Of a stretch of DNA of 64,000 bases, positions 31,141 to 41,080 are shown in pieces. Positions within the stretch are counted from its first letter, which is position 1. Each line of letters opens with the position of its first letter. The position numbers and the translations under genes are program-made. Source of the stretch: Gammaproteobacteria bacterium (GTDB taxonomy: Bacteria > Pseudomonadota > Gammaproteobacteria > Eutrophobiales > Eutrophobiaceae); assembly GCA_011772965.1 (NCBI GenBank), contig WVYN01000014.1:161002-225001 (forward strand), in the 5' to 3' direction. The notes below the pieces were generated by a model. That model saw only the letters and a list, made by a program, of their open reading frames with translations. It made no database searches and was not told where the DNA came from.

Positions 31141-33693
31141 TTAGTCTTTTTTACTCAGTTGGGAATGAATATCTTCGAAAAGATTATTCGTTGCGTTTTT
31201 TGCGGCCCTTCTCGCAGCCTCGGCTTTCTCCTTGATCCGCCTGACGTGTTCAGAGTGTGACATGACTCTCGTTTGTTTCGCCTCTTCCAGCAATTGCTCT
31301 TCATTAAAAGAAGCAAGATCTGCTGCCACCTGCTGATCCAGTATGTCATGCTTGGTTGACTGTACCTCCATTTCCCTGCGTTTAATTTCTGCTGTAGTTT
31401 CCAGGTTTACCTTGACTTGATGGGCATTTTCAAGGTTCTTCTCGGCCTGTAGCAACTTGTGCTCAGCCATCCGCATCGCCTCAGCTGCTTCCTCTCTGGC
31501 CTTTTCATCAAGGGCATCCGCCTGGGCAGCCCGGAGTTTCTGTGCCTCGAGGGCTGCTGCAGCCTTGGCTGCTTCGGCCTCTTTTCTGGTTTTATCTATC
31601 TTACTCAGCGTTTGTTTGATCTTGCCGGATTCCAGCTCCAGTTGTTTTCTTTCCTGTTCCAGCCGTGCCCGTTCTTTTGCTCGTTCCTTTTCAAACTGTT
31701 TTTTATACTCTTCTATGATTTTCTTTGCTTCTTCAGCCGCCGCCTTACGTGCCGCCTCAGCAGCAGTATTTTCCTTGTTGGCCTGGTCAATCTCGTTATT
31801 GGCCTTCATGAATTCTTCGGCCAGTTTTCGTCTTTCAGCTTCAAGCGTAGCCATTGCTTTGGTCTGGATTTCCTGTTCCATCTTGGATTGTTCTTCGCGT
31901 TTTCTGGCAGACTCATCTTCTAGGGCCTTGCGTGATTCTTCAAGCTTGCGTTTGACTTCATCGGCACTCTCTAATTTTTTCCTGGCTTCCTCGGCTTCTT
32001 TCTCTATTTTTTCGCGCTCCTTGCGTAGCTGCTCCTCTGCCTGCTCCTTCAATTTCTGGAGTTTTTCCATTTCCCGGGTGTTCTTGGTATAGATTTCCTC
32101 CAGTTTCTTCTTTTCTTCTGCTAGGCGCTTTTCGGTCTCTTCTTTAAGTTTTTCAATCTTCCGTGCTTCTTCTTCCCTGAATTTTCTGGTTTCTTCCTCG
32201 GCTGCTTTCTTCGCCTCGGCAAGTTGCTTACGTTCCTCTTCGAGTTGCCTTTTCTTCTCTCTTATCTCGGTGATATCTTCATCATCTTTCGCCCCGGACA
32301 GCTTGTTACTGGTACGTTCCAGTCTGATATCATTCAGGGTCATGTCTGCATCAAGTGCAGCTGAGCGAATGCTGGGATCATCGTCCTCAGTTTCCAATTG
32401 CTGATCTTGTACTGGCTCTGGTTTTGTTTCCGCCTTGGGTGCGGCCTCGGGCACGGGTTCCATGGTTTCAGGCTTTGCTTTTTGCCCAGCTTCAGCTTTT
32501 ACCCTCGGCCTGAGATTTACACCCTCACTGTCGTCTTTCCTGGGTACAGGCTTGGCTTCCGGTTTTTTCTCAGGTTCCGCTTTCTGTTTCGGCCGCAGGT
32601 TTACTCCGCTACTTTCGACATGTGATATCGACAATCCGCCTTTCAGGACACTGGCCTTAAAGCCATTGCTAATCATGGTAAATACCGCAGCCGAGCTGCG
32701 ACCACCGGAATCACAGCAGACAAGATAATGCTTGCTCCGGTCAAGACTATCCAGTTTTGCCCTTAGAAGATTGAAAGGAATATTGATACTGCCCTTGATG
32801 TTCGACTCCTCATATTCATCCTTGAAGCGCACATCCATCCAGACCGCGGCACCACTATCAACCAGGGATTTACCCTGTTCAAAGCTTATTTCGTTCAGTG
32901 ATGGTAATGTGACCAGAGTAATGAAATTTTCCTTGCTAAGTTTCATCAAGGTGCCATCGGTCAACATGGTGACAGAGGCATTTCTGGTTCCATCTGTCAA
33001 TAAGGCCTCTTCCCCGAAACTGTCCCCGTCTTTAAGTTCCGCCAGCTTGATCGGTTTCGCGCCTTCTGAGGGGGCGCGGGAAACTTCACAATGACCTTCC
33101 TGGACGATGTAATAACTGTCTCCCGGCTCTCCTTGCTCGATAACCGTATCTCCGGCCTTGTAGTCAATGGGTTCGAGCATGACAAACAGCTGTTGAATAT
33201 TGGCGGTAGGTAACTGGCTAAAGATTTCTGATTGCAACATCTTGGTCATCCAGTCAACGGTATCATCCTGATCGATTTCGTTAACAACAAAGTGCCGACT
33301 GGTGGTGATGTCACCTTCTTCAGATTTGTCGGCAACCAGGATTCGGTCAATTGCAGCCTTGTCCAGTTGCAGAACCATGGAATCCACTTTGGCCCTGGCA
33401 GTGAACTGGCGTGGCAAGAGGCGGGCCATTGCATAACGGGCACTGTCAGTACCACCGACGATGGTACTTTTCACATCTCTGCCCGCCATTAAATCAATCT
33501 TGCCTTCCAGCAGGTAAAAGGCGTAATTGTCATGGTCCCCTTGTTTGAAGACAATATCCTTATTCTTGAACTTGAAGATCTTGCCTATCTGGACGATCTC
33601 ATTCTGTGCCTGGGGAGATATTTCATCGAAAGGCACCAGCGACTTGATCTTCTCCTTGTATGGAGCCTTGTCCTGTTCTTTATTGAATATCAT
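31141..33693 (-). CDS. Two cNMP-binding domains, rhodanese domain and long charged coiled coil
   Basis: VFKQGD...Y.FYLLEG and IEQGEPGD.YYIVQEG...GDSFGEEAL...RNASV; DVRF..EY...I.GSINIP, CCDSGGRSS; E/K/A/R-rich heptad tail. Confidence 0.88.
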   Translation of the reverse strand: MIFNKEQDKAPYKEKIKSLVPFDEISPQAQNEIVQIGKIFKFKNKDIVFKQGDHDNYAFYLLEGKIDLMAGRDVKSTIVGGTDSARYAMARLLPRQFTARAKVDSMVLQLDKAAIDRILVADKSEEGDITTSRHFVVNEIDQDDTVDWMTKMLQSEIFSQLPTANIQQLFVMLEPIDYKAGDTVIEQGEPGDSYYIVQEGHCEVSRAPSEGAKPIKLAELKDGDSFGEEALLTDGTRNASVTMLTDGTLMKLSKENFITLVTLPSLNEISFEQGKSLVDSGAAVWMDVRFKDEYEESNIKGSINIPFNLLRAKLDSLDRSKHYLVCCDSGGRSSAAVFTMISNGFKASVLKGGLSISHVESSGVNLRPKQKAEPEKKPEAKPVPRKDDSEGVNLRPRVKAEAGQKAKPETMEPVPEAAPKAETKPEPVQDQQLETEDDDPSIRSAALDADMTLNDIRLERTSNKLSGAKDDEDITEIREKKRQLEEERKQLAEAKKAAEEETRKFREEEARKIEKLKEETEKRLAEEKKKLEEIYTKNTREMEKLQKLKEQAEEQLRKEREKIEKEAEEARKKLESADEVKRKLEESRKALEDESARKREEQSKMEQEIQTKAMATLEAERRKLAEEFMKANNEIDQANKENTAAEAARKAAAEEAKKIIEEYKKQFEKERAKERARLEQERKQLELESGKIKQTLSKIDKTRKEAEAAKAAAALEAQKLRAAQADALDEKAREEAAEAMRMAEHKLLQAEKNLENAHQVKVNLETTAEIKRREMEVQSTKHDILDQQVAADLASFNEEQLLEEAKQTRVMSHSEHVRRIKEKAEAARRAAKNATNNLFEDIHSQLSKKD

Positions 33694-33808
33694 GACTTAT
33701 ATCCCTTTCCCGGGATGATTAATGTACACTTTGAAACAGTCTCTTAAAGGAATGAACCAAAGCTTTAGATTATATAGATTTGGTGAGGGATAGCATACCC
33801 GTAAGTCT

Positions 33809-34498
33809 ATGAATCAATTAACACAATTAATCTCGGAACTGAATTTGATCAGTCTTGCTATCGTGGTTCTGACCGGACTACTGGGCGTGTTGCTGTTATT
33901 CCTCGGTTTGCGCCATCTCTGGCAGCGTCGCATCTTCTCGGGAGGCTTTAATGGACTGCTCGGGATTTGCCTGCTGTTGGTGGCAGCCGCAGTCCTACTG
34001 GTTACACTAAATTTGCTTACATATCATAGACTTAAATACGAAGAACCGATTCTTACCATCCATTTCAATAAGCTGGGGGAGAAACAGTATTCGGCTGATT
34101 TGAAATTAAAGGATAACGGACAAACAGCTGTCTATAACCTCTCAGGTGACGAGTGGCAAATTGATGCCCGGGTCCTGAGCTGGAAACCGCCTGCCCGGAT
34201 CCTCGGGCTGAATGCCATGTACAGGCTTGAACGTCTGCATGGGCGCTATCAGTCCATTGACCATGAGCGGCAACGTGATAGGACCGTCTACTCACTGGTT
34301 GAAAACAAGGGCCTGGATATCTGGCCACTCGTAAAAAAATATAATGACCGGATCGCCTGGGTTGATGCCTACTTTGGCAGTGCCACCTACCTGCCAATGG
34401 AAGATGATGCCACCTATGAGGTTCTTATTTCCCAGAATGGACTTATCGCCCGACCGTTAAATTCTCCGGCCCGGGCCCGCCTGAATGAATGGCAATAA
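33809..34498 (+). CDS. Conserved hypothetical membrane protein
   Basis: Two N-terminal TM helices then GDEWQIDARVL.WK, YRLERL.GRY, VDAYFGSATYLPM; clean long ORF. Confidence 0.75.
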   Translation: MNQLTQLISELNLISLAIVVLTGLLGVLLLFLGLRHLWQRRIFSGGFNGLLGICLLLVAAAVLLVTLNLLTYHRLKYEEPILTIHFNKLGEKQYSADLKLKDNGQTAVYNLSGDEWQIDARVLSWKPPARILGLNAMYRLERLHGRYQSIDHERQRDRTVYSLVENKGLDIWPLVKKYNDRIAWVDAYFGSATYLPMEDDATYEVLISQNGLIARPLNSPARARLNEWQ

Positions 34499-34518
34499 AA
34501 ACTATTTACAGGGAGCAT

Positions 34519-36624
34519 TTACTTAAACACGATGCGGATACTTACCCCACTGTCCTCCTCAAGGTTCTCGGCAACAATCTCAGCATGATGGAACTCGGCA
34601 ATGATCCGGGCAATATAAAGCCCCAGTCCCAGATGTGGACTGTCTTTCTTTTGTTTCTCACGCATAGAGACCATTGAGTCAAACAACTGTCCCTTCATGT
34701 CTTCCGGAAGTAATGGTCCATAGTTACTGACAGTGATTGAATTGACAGAGTCATCACTGGATAGAGCTATCGAAACTGGTGTATCCGGCTCACTGAAATC
34801 AACAGCATTCGAAACCAGCTTATCCAGCATCTGCATGAACAGATCAGGCGCGATGTCCATGACCTGTTCTGTGTCTGGCAAGGTCAATTCAAAACGCTGG
34901 GATGGATAGGCGATACGATAACCCTCAACCGCCTGTGTCAATAACCTGCAAATATCAACTTTAGTTTTGCCAGCTGATTGCAGGGCCTGTTCAAGGCGGG
35001 CGGCCTCACTCAGGCGTGTCACCAGAAGATTTAATCGCTGTATACCATCACGGGCACGTTGAATATAAACCTGTTTGTCTTCTTCAATACCCGAATCAAT
35101 ATTATCCAGGGAAGACTGGACCACAGCCATTGGTGTACGTAATTCATGTGACAGTTTCCCTGCCATGCCTTCCAGGTAATGATTGTACTGTTTGAGTCTC
35201 TCCAGAATAGTGGCGTAGTTGCGTGAAAGATCGCCAATTTCATCGCTGGCATGACTTTTAGACATGTCACCGATCACCCGGCCATACTCGTCTATTGCAC
35301 TTGCGGCTTCCTTACTCAAACGTTGCAGCCTGATTGAAAGGCGGCTGGCAAAGATCAAAAGCAGCAGGATGATGATGAAGAATAACAACAGGGTTTTATT
35401 GACAAGGCTGACCAGGGCATCACGTTGTAACAACTGAATGTTGTTTGTTGTCTCTTCCGCAACTACCACACCCCGGATTTCATCAAAGACCCATACCGGT
35501 GCGGCAGCAGAGACGATTACTGCTTTTTTATCGGGAGATAATCGCCAACGCGACTCCGGTTTCCCATTCAGGGCTGATTGTATTTCTTTGCCGTAAAGTC
35601 TGGAAGCACCGGCCAGATCATCCTCGAAGCGGTCTGTCACAGGCGGCAGGATAAGTTTATAAAACAGGTTCAGTGGATGTTTGCTAATGTCATGCCTGAG
35701 ATTGCCTGCATTGGCCAATACCTGTCCGCGACTGTCAAGCACCCAGATTCGCCTGCCAGGGCTGCTGTGCAGGCGGGTAATCATATTTTCCAGATGATTG
35801 TCAGGAAGAATCACCCTCCCCGGCCTGATAAGAGTATCGTTTCCAGCCGTACCAGTATATTTAAATTTTAACTGACCATTACCCGAGTCTGTATCAGCAA
35901 CAACGATTCCCAGGCGATCATGAGACAGGTTTAGTGGTAACGCTATTTCGAGATTATAACCGTTATCAAACGGTTGCCAGCTTGCAACGATATTGGTTTT
36001 ATAACGAATAAATTTTTTTTCGATCCAGTCATCACGCACTGTCTCAATCTGGAAAGGGTTGAAATTACCCGGGACCGAGGGAGCAAAATAATATTTTTGC
36101 CTGATTACATAATCATCGCCAATTACCATAATTATATGATCACTGTCTATGATTGCCTCAGTGTCAGGCTGATGATAAATGATATTTTCATCATTGATTT
36201 GCAATAAAACATGAAGAGTATTTTCAAAAATACCTGCAACCAGACGATAGGAACCGTCAGGATATGTGAATTCAGTACTTGTACCCAGTTCCCGCGGATA
36301 GATTTCAGACCAGTCGAGATACTGGATCCAGTCATCAAGATAACCATCTGTTTGTATTGGAGTGTTCAATTGATGAATAAAGAATGTTGGATCCACCGCA
36401 GTCTGTCGATCGGGGAAACGTCGATAACTCTGGTGTAATGAAGCAGCAATCGCCCTGGTGGATTCAAGGAGTGATGATTCAAGGTTAGTGCGCAATCGAT
36501 GTTCCATCTCACTCATGTATTCATAAGCGATATAGGGCAAAGTGAGTATCGCGATGGATAAAAGTAATAATTTGACGCGGATGGTGAATCGAAACCCGTC
36601 TGGCTTCTTATTTAATGACGACAC
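34519..36624 (-). CDS. pdsS: Proteobacterial dedicated sortase system histidine kinase
   Basis: IRVKLLLLS..LPY, HAMP (DEIGDLSR), LSHELRTP, LDKLVSNAVDFS, HLGLGLYIA; context pdsR-pdsO-sortase. Confidence 0.9.
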   Translation of the reverse strand: MSSLNKKPDGFRFTIRVKLLLLSIAILTLPYIAYEYMSEMEHRLRTNLESSLLESTRAIAASLHQSYRRFPDRQTAVDPTFFIHQLNTPIQTDGYLDDWIQYLDWSEIYPRELGTSTEFTYPDGSYRLVAGIFENTLHVLLQINDENIIYHQPDTEAIIDSDHIIMVIGDDYVIRQKYYFAPSVPGNFNPFQIETVRDDWIEKKFIRYKTNIVASWQPFDNGYNLEIALPLNLSHDRLGIVVADTDSGNGQLKFKYTGTAGNDTLIRPGRVILPDNHLENMITRLHSSPGRRIWVLDSRGQVLANAGNLRHDISKHPLNLFYKLILPPVTDRFEDDLAGASRLYGKEIQSALNGKPESRWRLSPDKKAVIVSAAAPVWVFDEIRGVVVAEETTNNIQLLQRDALVSLVNKTLLLFFIIILLLLIFASRLSIRLQRLSKEAASAIDEYGRVIGDMSKSHASDEIGDLSRNYATILERLKQYNHYLEGMAGKLSHELRTPMAVVQSSLDNIDSGIEEDKQVYIQRARDGIQRLNLLVTRLSEAARLEQALQSAGKTKVDICRLLTQAVEGYRIAYPSQRFELTLPDTEQVMDIAPDLFMQMLDKLVSNAVDFSEPDTPVSIALSSDDSVNSITVSNYGPLLPEDMKGQLFDSMVSMREKQKKDSPHLGLGLYIARIIAEFHHAEIVAENLEEDSGVSIRIVFK

Positions 36625-36652
36625 GGTAAAAACTCAATCCTGTTCAGATGTT

Positions 36653-37342
36653 CTATAGATTCCAGCGGTAACCGAGACCATATATTGTTTCAATACAGTC
36701 AAATTCCTTGTCAACAGTTATAAATTTTTTCCTGATTCTTTTGATATGCGAGGTAATAGTCCCCTCATCAACAAACATTTTTGCTTCACTCATCAATTGT
36801 TCTCTGCTTTTGACATGCCCCGGCCTGTATGCCAAAGAGTAGACGATCCAGAATTCCGTGAGGGTGACATCAATTTTGCTGGATTTCCATTCAAGCAAAA
36901 GCCGGTTTTTGTCGATCATCAAGTGGCCATGGCTGATGACATCATCTTCAGTGACCGGGTTACGAAAGGCATCGATTCTGCGAAACAGCGCAGCTATCCG
37001 GGCAAGCAACTGTGGCATGGTAATGTCCTTGGTCAGGTAATCATCCGCACCAAGTCTCAGGCCCGAGATGGTATCAAGATCCGAATCCCTGGCTGTAAGG
37101 AAAATAATCGGTACGATTTCTGAAAGGTTTCGTAATTCGCGACATAGATCGAAACCCCCCTCGTTCTCTTCACCAAGACCCACATCGATGAGTATCAGAT
37201 CTGGCAGTTTCTGGCTGAATTGTTTCAATGCCTCCTTGCGATTGGTATAGCTTGATACCTGGTATCCCTGCTTTTGCAGGGCATCCGAATAATTTTCCCG
37301 AATGTCGCTCTCATCCTCAACCAGCGCAACTGTTTTCACCAT
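36653..37342 (-). CDS. pdsR: Proteobacterial dedicated sortase system response regulator (OmpR family)
   Basis: VEDE..IRENY, IDVGL..E.EGGFDLCRELR, GLRLGADDYLTKDI, TITSHIKRIR.KF, YG.GYRW. Confidence 0.92.
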   Translation of the reverse strand: MVKTVALVEDESDIRENYSDALQKQGYQVSSYTNRKEALKQFSQKLPDLILIDVGLGEENEGGFDLCRELRNLSEIVPIIFLTARDSDLDTISGLRLGADDYLTKDITMPQLLARIAALFRRIDAFRNPVTEDDVISHGHLMIDKNRLLLEWKSSKIDVTLTEFWIVYSLAYRPGHVKSREQLMSEAKMFVDEGTITSHIKRIRKKFITVDKEFDCIETIYGLGYRWNL

Positions 37343-37412
37343 TCAACTTCCCCGTTCTGCTCCTATGTCAATGTATAATATTTTCTGGCAAAAATATTCC
37401 CCTCACGCACAA

Positions 37413-37475
37413 TTGCCATAATTTCGCCATATTTCATCGTTTCATTTCCATATTTTCAGCGCTGTTTGGCCACAG
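37413..37475. promoter_or_regulatory. Candidate PdsR binding repeats in the divergent pdsR/pdsO intergenic region
   Basis: CCATA/CCACA cores at 37416, 37427, 37448, 37470 (spacings 11, 21, 22 bp), with GCCATAATTTC-GCCATATTTC as the best pair. Confidence 0.5.
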
Positions 37476-37529
37476 ATAAGCGCTTAAATACTTTCCTGTA
37501 ATCGACTTGCATCAGACAGGAGAGATCAA

Positions 37530-38237
37530 ATGAAACAAGCAATATCTACCCTTCTAATCATCAGCGCATTTGCCGGTCCGGTCGCTATGGCAGATGAGCA
37601 AACGACGCTGGCTATCCATGAGACCGGTGGTTTGGGTGTTGGTGCCCTGATCGGCGGCCTCATAGCGGGACCTCCCGGAATTGTGCTGGGAGCTGCAGGC
37701 GGTGCCATTTACGGTAACCGTCAGGGTGAAAAGGAAAACCAGTTGACCGCCATGGAAAGAAAACTGCAGGACCGGGAAGTAGAGCTGGCTGTCGTTAAGA
37801 ACGAGTTATCAAAAACCCGTTCTGATTATTCCAGCAAAATGCAGAAAGTCACCCTGGACAATCGTAAGGCATCACTGGATGAGCTGACCCAGGGGATTTC
37901 CATGTCGGTTTTCTTTCGCACCAACCAGAGCCGTATCGACCTTGGCTTGAAGCCTCACTTGCACAGACTGGTGGCGCTTATACAGGACATACCGGAATTG
38001 TCCGTCAGCCTGGACGGCTATGCCGACCAGCGAGGCGATGAATCACATAACCTCCAGCTCAGCCGCGATCGTGCCCGTGCCGTGGAGGATGAACTGATCA
38101 GGGCCGGGCTCCCACGGGAACGCATCAAACAGCAGGCACATGGTGAATCCAGTGTACGTGCTGCAGACGGGGACATCGAAGGCTACGTATTTGACCGGCG
38201 CGTGGATATCGAGCTGACCGTCGAGGCCGAAGCGTAA
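37530..38237 (+). CDS. pdsO: Sortase-associated OmpA-like protein PdsO
   Basis: Signal peptide, glycine zipper GLGVGALIGGLIAGPPG, coiled coil, OmpA C-terminal domain (GYADQRG...N..LS..RA, DRRV). Confidence 0.9.
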   Translation: MKQAISTLLIISAFAGPVAMADEQTTLAIHETGGLGVGALIGGLIAGPPGIVLGAAGGAIYGNRQGEKENQLTAMERKLQDREVELAVVKNELSKTRSDYSSKMQKVTLDNRKASLDELTQGISMSVFFRTNQSRIDLGLKPHLHRLVALIQDIPELSVSLDGYADQRGDESHNLQLSRDRARAVEDELIRAGLPRERIKQQAHGESSVRAADGDIEGYVFDRRVDIELTVEAEA

Positions 38238-38262
38238 CCCGTCCTCAAGCCCAGAATCCATT

Positions 38263-40386
38263 ATGAATCTGAAAAAAACACCATTACTGGCAAATACAGT
38301 TCTGTGCATTCTCGAGAGTCTGCTGGCTGCGGCCATTGGTACTGTATTCCTGGTGTGTCTCGTCCTGTTGCTGTCTGGTATTGCCAGTGCCAATACCAGG
38401 GAAGGTATGACAGCGATGGACACCCTCAGCATCAGGGACATGGGAAACGTCACCCGTGGAAGTCTGTTGTTTCACAACAATAAGGATTATCAACTTGCCC
38501 CGACATTACATACAGATGTTGATATGAGTATCACGGGCATGATCGCCCGGGTCAAGCTGGCACAACGGTTTCATAATCCCGACACGGTCTGGCAGGAAGG
38601 CATTTATGTCTTTCCCTTGCCCGAGAATGCGGCGGTAGATCACCTGCGCATGAGGATAGGCAAAAGAGTGATAGAGGGGCAGATACGAGAACGTGAAACT
38701 GCAAAAAAAGAATATCAAAAGGCACGTGATAATGGTCAGAAAGCAAGCCTTGTGGAACAGGAACGCCCGAATATTTTTACGACTTCTGTTGCCAATATTG
38801 GTCCCGGTGAGGAGATAATCATTGAAATTGAATACCAGCAGACAGTTCGTTATGACTCAGGTGAGTTCCGCCTCAGGTTCCCGATGGTTGTTGCGCCGAG
38901 ATATATTCCGGGCAGTACAGTTGTTCAAGGCTTTTCAGGATCAGGTTGGGCAGTTAATACTGATCAGGTGCGGGATGCCGAACGCATTACCCCGCCTGTG
39001 ACAAAACCCGGTGAGACAGCAGTTAATCCGGTGATGATCGACATCCACCTGGACGCGGGCTTTCCCCTGGAGCATATCACCAGTTCCCATCATAACATCC
39101 GGATAGATCAGCAGGACGCATCAACGTATTCCATTCAACTGGAGCATGTAACCATGGCCGACAGAGATTTCGAACTTTACTGGCAACCCGAAAAGAAAGA
39201 TGCCCCACAGGCAGCATTCTTCAGGGAACGAAAACACAACATGGATTATGGATTGATCATGATGCTGCCACCCTTACAGCAAAGTGGTCAGGTGCTCAAT
39301 CGTGAGGTGGTGTTTGTGATTGATACCTCTGGTTCCATGGGTGGTCAGTCCATTATACAAGCGAGATCGGCATTAAAGATGGCTCTTGAACGCCTTAAAC
39401 CCGGCGACAGTTTCAACATTATCGAATTCAATTCACATACAGATCAGTTGTTCGAATGGCCGCGATTGGTAAATCATCAATCTTTAAGACAGGCAAAGCA
39501 ATATGTAACTGGTCTGGATGTCAGTGGCGGTACAGAAATGTTACCGGCTCTGAAACTGGCATTGAATGATAACAATAATACATCTTCGGTCAGGCAGGTA
39601 ATTTTCCTGACAGATGGCAGCATTGGCAATGAAGCCGCCCTGTTTAACACCATCACCCGGAAACTGGGCAGGAGCCGGCTATTTACAATCGGGATTGGTT
39701 CTGCACCAAATTCACATTTCATGACCAGGGCTGCACGCTTTGGCCGGGGTACCTACACATACATCGGCAAGGTCAGCGAGGTCGAAACAAAAATGTCGAC
39801 ATTATTTGGCAAACTGGAAAGCCCTGTTCTTACCAACATCCACATAGACTGGGGCGATGCCACAGACCTGGAAGCCTGGCCAAAGTACATTCCCGATCTC
39901 TATCTGGGCGAACCCCTGCTGGTAAGTGTCTCCGCTTCATCACTGCCGGAAAGGATTCGGTTAACAGGCAGCGTCTCCGGTTCACTCTGGAAAACCAGCA
40001 TGCAATTAAAAGGCCATGGTGAACATGAAGGCATCCACGCCCTTTGGGCCCGAAAAAAAATTGCGGCTTTGATGGACCTGCTCAATCAGGCAAAAGAGGA
40101 AAACAACCTTAAACAGCAAGTTATAGAGACTGCATTACGACATCACCTGGTGAGCCGGTTTACCAGCCTCATTGCTGTTGACGTTACCCCGTCGCGCATC
40201 AAGGAGGATTTACTGAGGATATCTGCCCTGCCGGTCAACCTTCCGTCCGGCTGGCAATATGAAAAAGTATTCGGTCAGTTGCCGCAGACCGCAACAGATG
40301 CGGAACTGAAAATCCTGATAGGCACGCTGCTGCTGTTAATCAGTGTGTTTCTTGTGATGAGCCGGCGTTATGTTTATCCCGACTGA
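38263..40386 (+). CDS. Marine proteobacterial sortase target protein (VIT + vWA, LPQTA sorting signal)
   Basis: YVFPLP..AAV, ASLVEQERPNIFT.SVANI, DTSGSM MIDAS, FLTDG, C-terminal LPQTAT + TM helix + RR. Confidence 0.92.
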   Translation: MNLKKTPLLANTVLCILESLLAAAIGTVFLVCLVLLLSGIASANTREGMTAMDTLSIRDMGNVTRGSLLFHNNKDYQLAPTLHTDVDMSITGMIARVKLAQRFHNPDTVWQEGIYVFPLPENAAVDHLRMRIGKRVIEGQIRERETAKKEYQKARDNGQKASLVEQERPNIFTTSVANIGPGEEIIIEIEYQQTVRYDSGEFRLRFPMVVAPRYIPGSTVVQGFSGSGWAVNTDQVRDAERITPPVTKPGETAVNPVMIDIHLDAGFPLEHITSSHHNIRIDQQDASTYSIQLEHVTMADRDFELYWQPEKKDAPQAAFFRERKHNMDYGLIMMLPPLQQSGQVLNREVVFVIDTSGSMGGQSIIQARSALKMALERLKPGDSFNIIEFNSHTDQLFEWPRLVNHQSLRQAKQYVTGLDVSGGTEMLPALKLALNDNNNTSSVRQVIFLTDGSIGNEAALFNTITRKLGRSRLFTIGIGSAPNSHFMTRAARFGRGTYTYIGKVSEVETKMSTLFGKLESPVLTNIHIDWGDATDLEAWPKYIPDLYLGEPLLVSVSASSLPERIRLTGSVSGSLWKTSMQLKGHGEHEGIHALWARKKIAALMDLLNQAKEENNLKQQVIETALRHHLVSRFTSLIAVDVTPSRIKEDLLRISALPVNLPSGWQYEKVFGQLPQTATDAELKILIGTLLLLISVFLVMSRRYVYPD

Positions 40387-40993
40387 AAAAATATTATTTA
40401 TTTGCTTACTCACTACTGTGACCTTTTGTGGCTTGTGGCAGGTAGGTCATGGTGCCTACATCCATGCCAAGGCAATCCTAGCGCAACTCCTCCTAGAGTC
40501 GGCATGGTCAGAAACACTGTCCGGGGCAAGGGAGGTGAAACCATGGCCCTGGGCAGATACCTGGCCAGTCAGCCGACTTGCTGCCCCACGCCTTGGGATA
40601 AGCCGCATCGTCCTGGCCGGGGCAAGTGGTGCTTCACTTGCCTTCGGTCCAGGACATCTTTTTGGTACGGCGCCCGCAGATCAAGCGGGAAACAGCGTCA
40701 TTGCCGGTCACAGGGATACACATTTTAGATTTCTGCAATACCTGACCGATGGCGATATATTGTTGCTTGAAACCAGTGAAGGAAAACAAAGACGATATCA
40801 GGTAACACTTACCCGGGTTATCCATGAAAGTGAAATCGGCTACCTGCAGCAGACCAGAGAAAATCGCCTGACGCTTATTACCTGTTTTCCCTTCAACAGC
40901 CCGGTGGCCGGTGGTGCACAACGATATATTGTCATTGCCCGGGAAATCGAGAAGGTAGATGGGATTGATTCCGGGGCAATAATTGCCATCTAG
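40370..40993 (+). CDS. Class GN sortase
   Basis: AKA.LAQ.LL..AW, KPWPWADTWP, LAFGPG, AGHRDTHF, LTLITCFPF, R.Y (His-Cys-Arg triad). Confidence 0.93.
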   Translation: MFIPTEKILFICLLTTVTFCGLWQVGHGAYIHAKAILAQLLLESAWSETLSGAREVKPWPWADTWPVSRLAAPRLGISRIVLAGASGASLAFGPGHLFGTAPADQAGNSVIAGHRDTHFRFLQYLTDGDILLLETSEGKQRRYQVTLTRVIHESEIGYLQQTRENRLTLITCFPFNSPVAGGAQRYIVIAREIEKVDGIDSGAIIAI

Positions 40994-41080
40994 ACAGAAT
41001 CTTTACAGATTTACATGAGGCAATAATTGCTGATCTGATATATTAAAGCCTGTTTTTCTCTTACGAATAAGGAGGACCAG

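Noticed and set aside
31457..32092. Long antisense ORFs (211 aa, 154 aa) opposite the coiled-coil gene
   Set aside because: Shadow frames of E/K/A-rich codons; the same applies to the other overlapping antisense ORFs in the track
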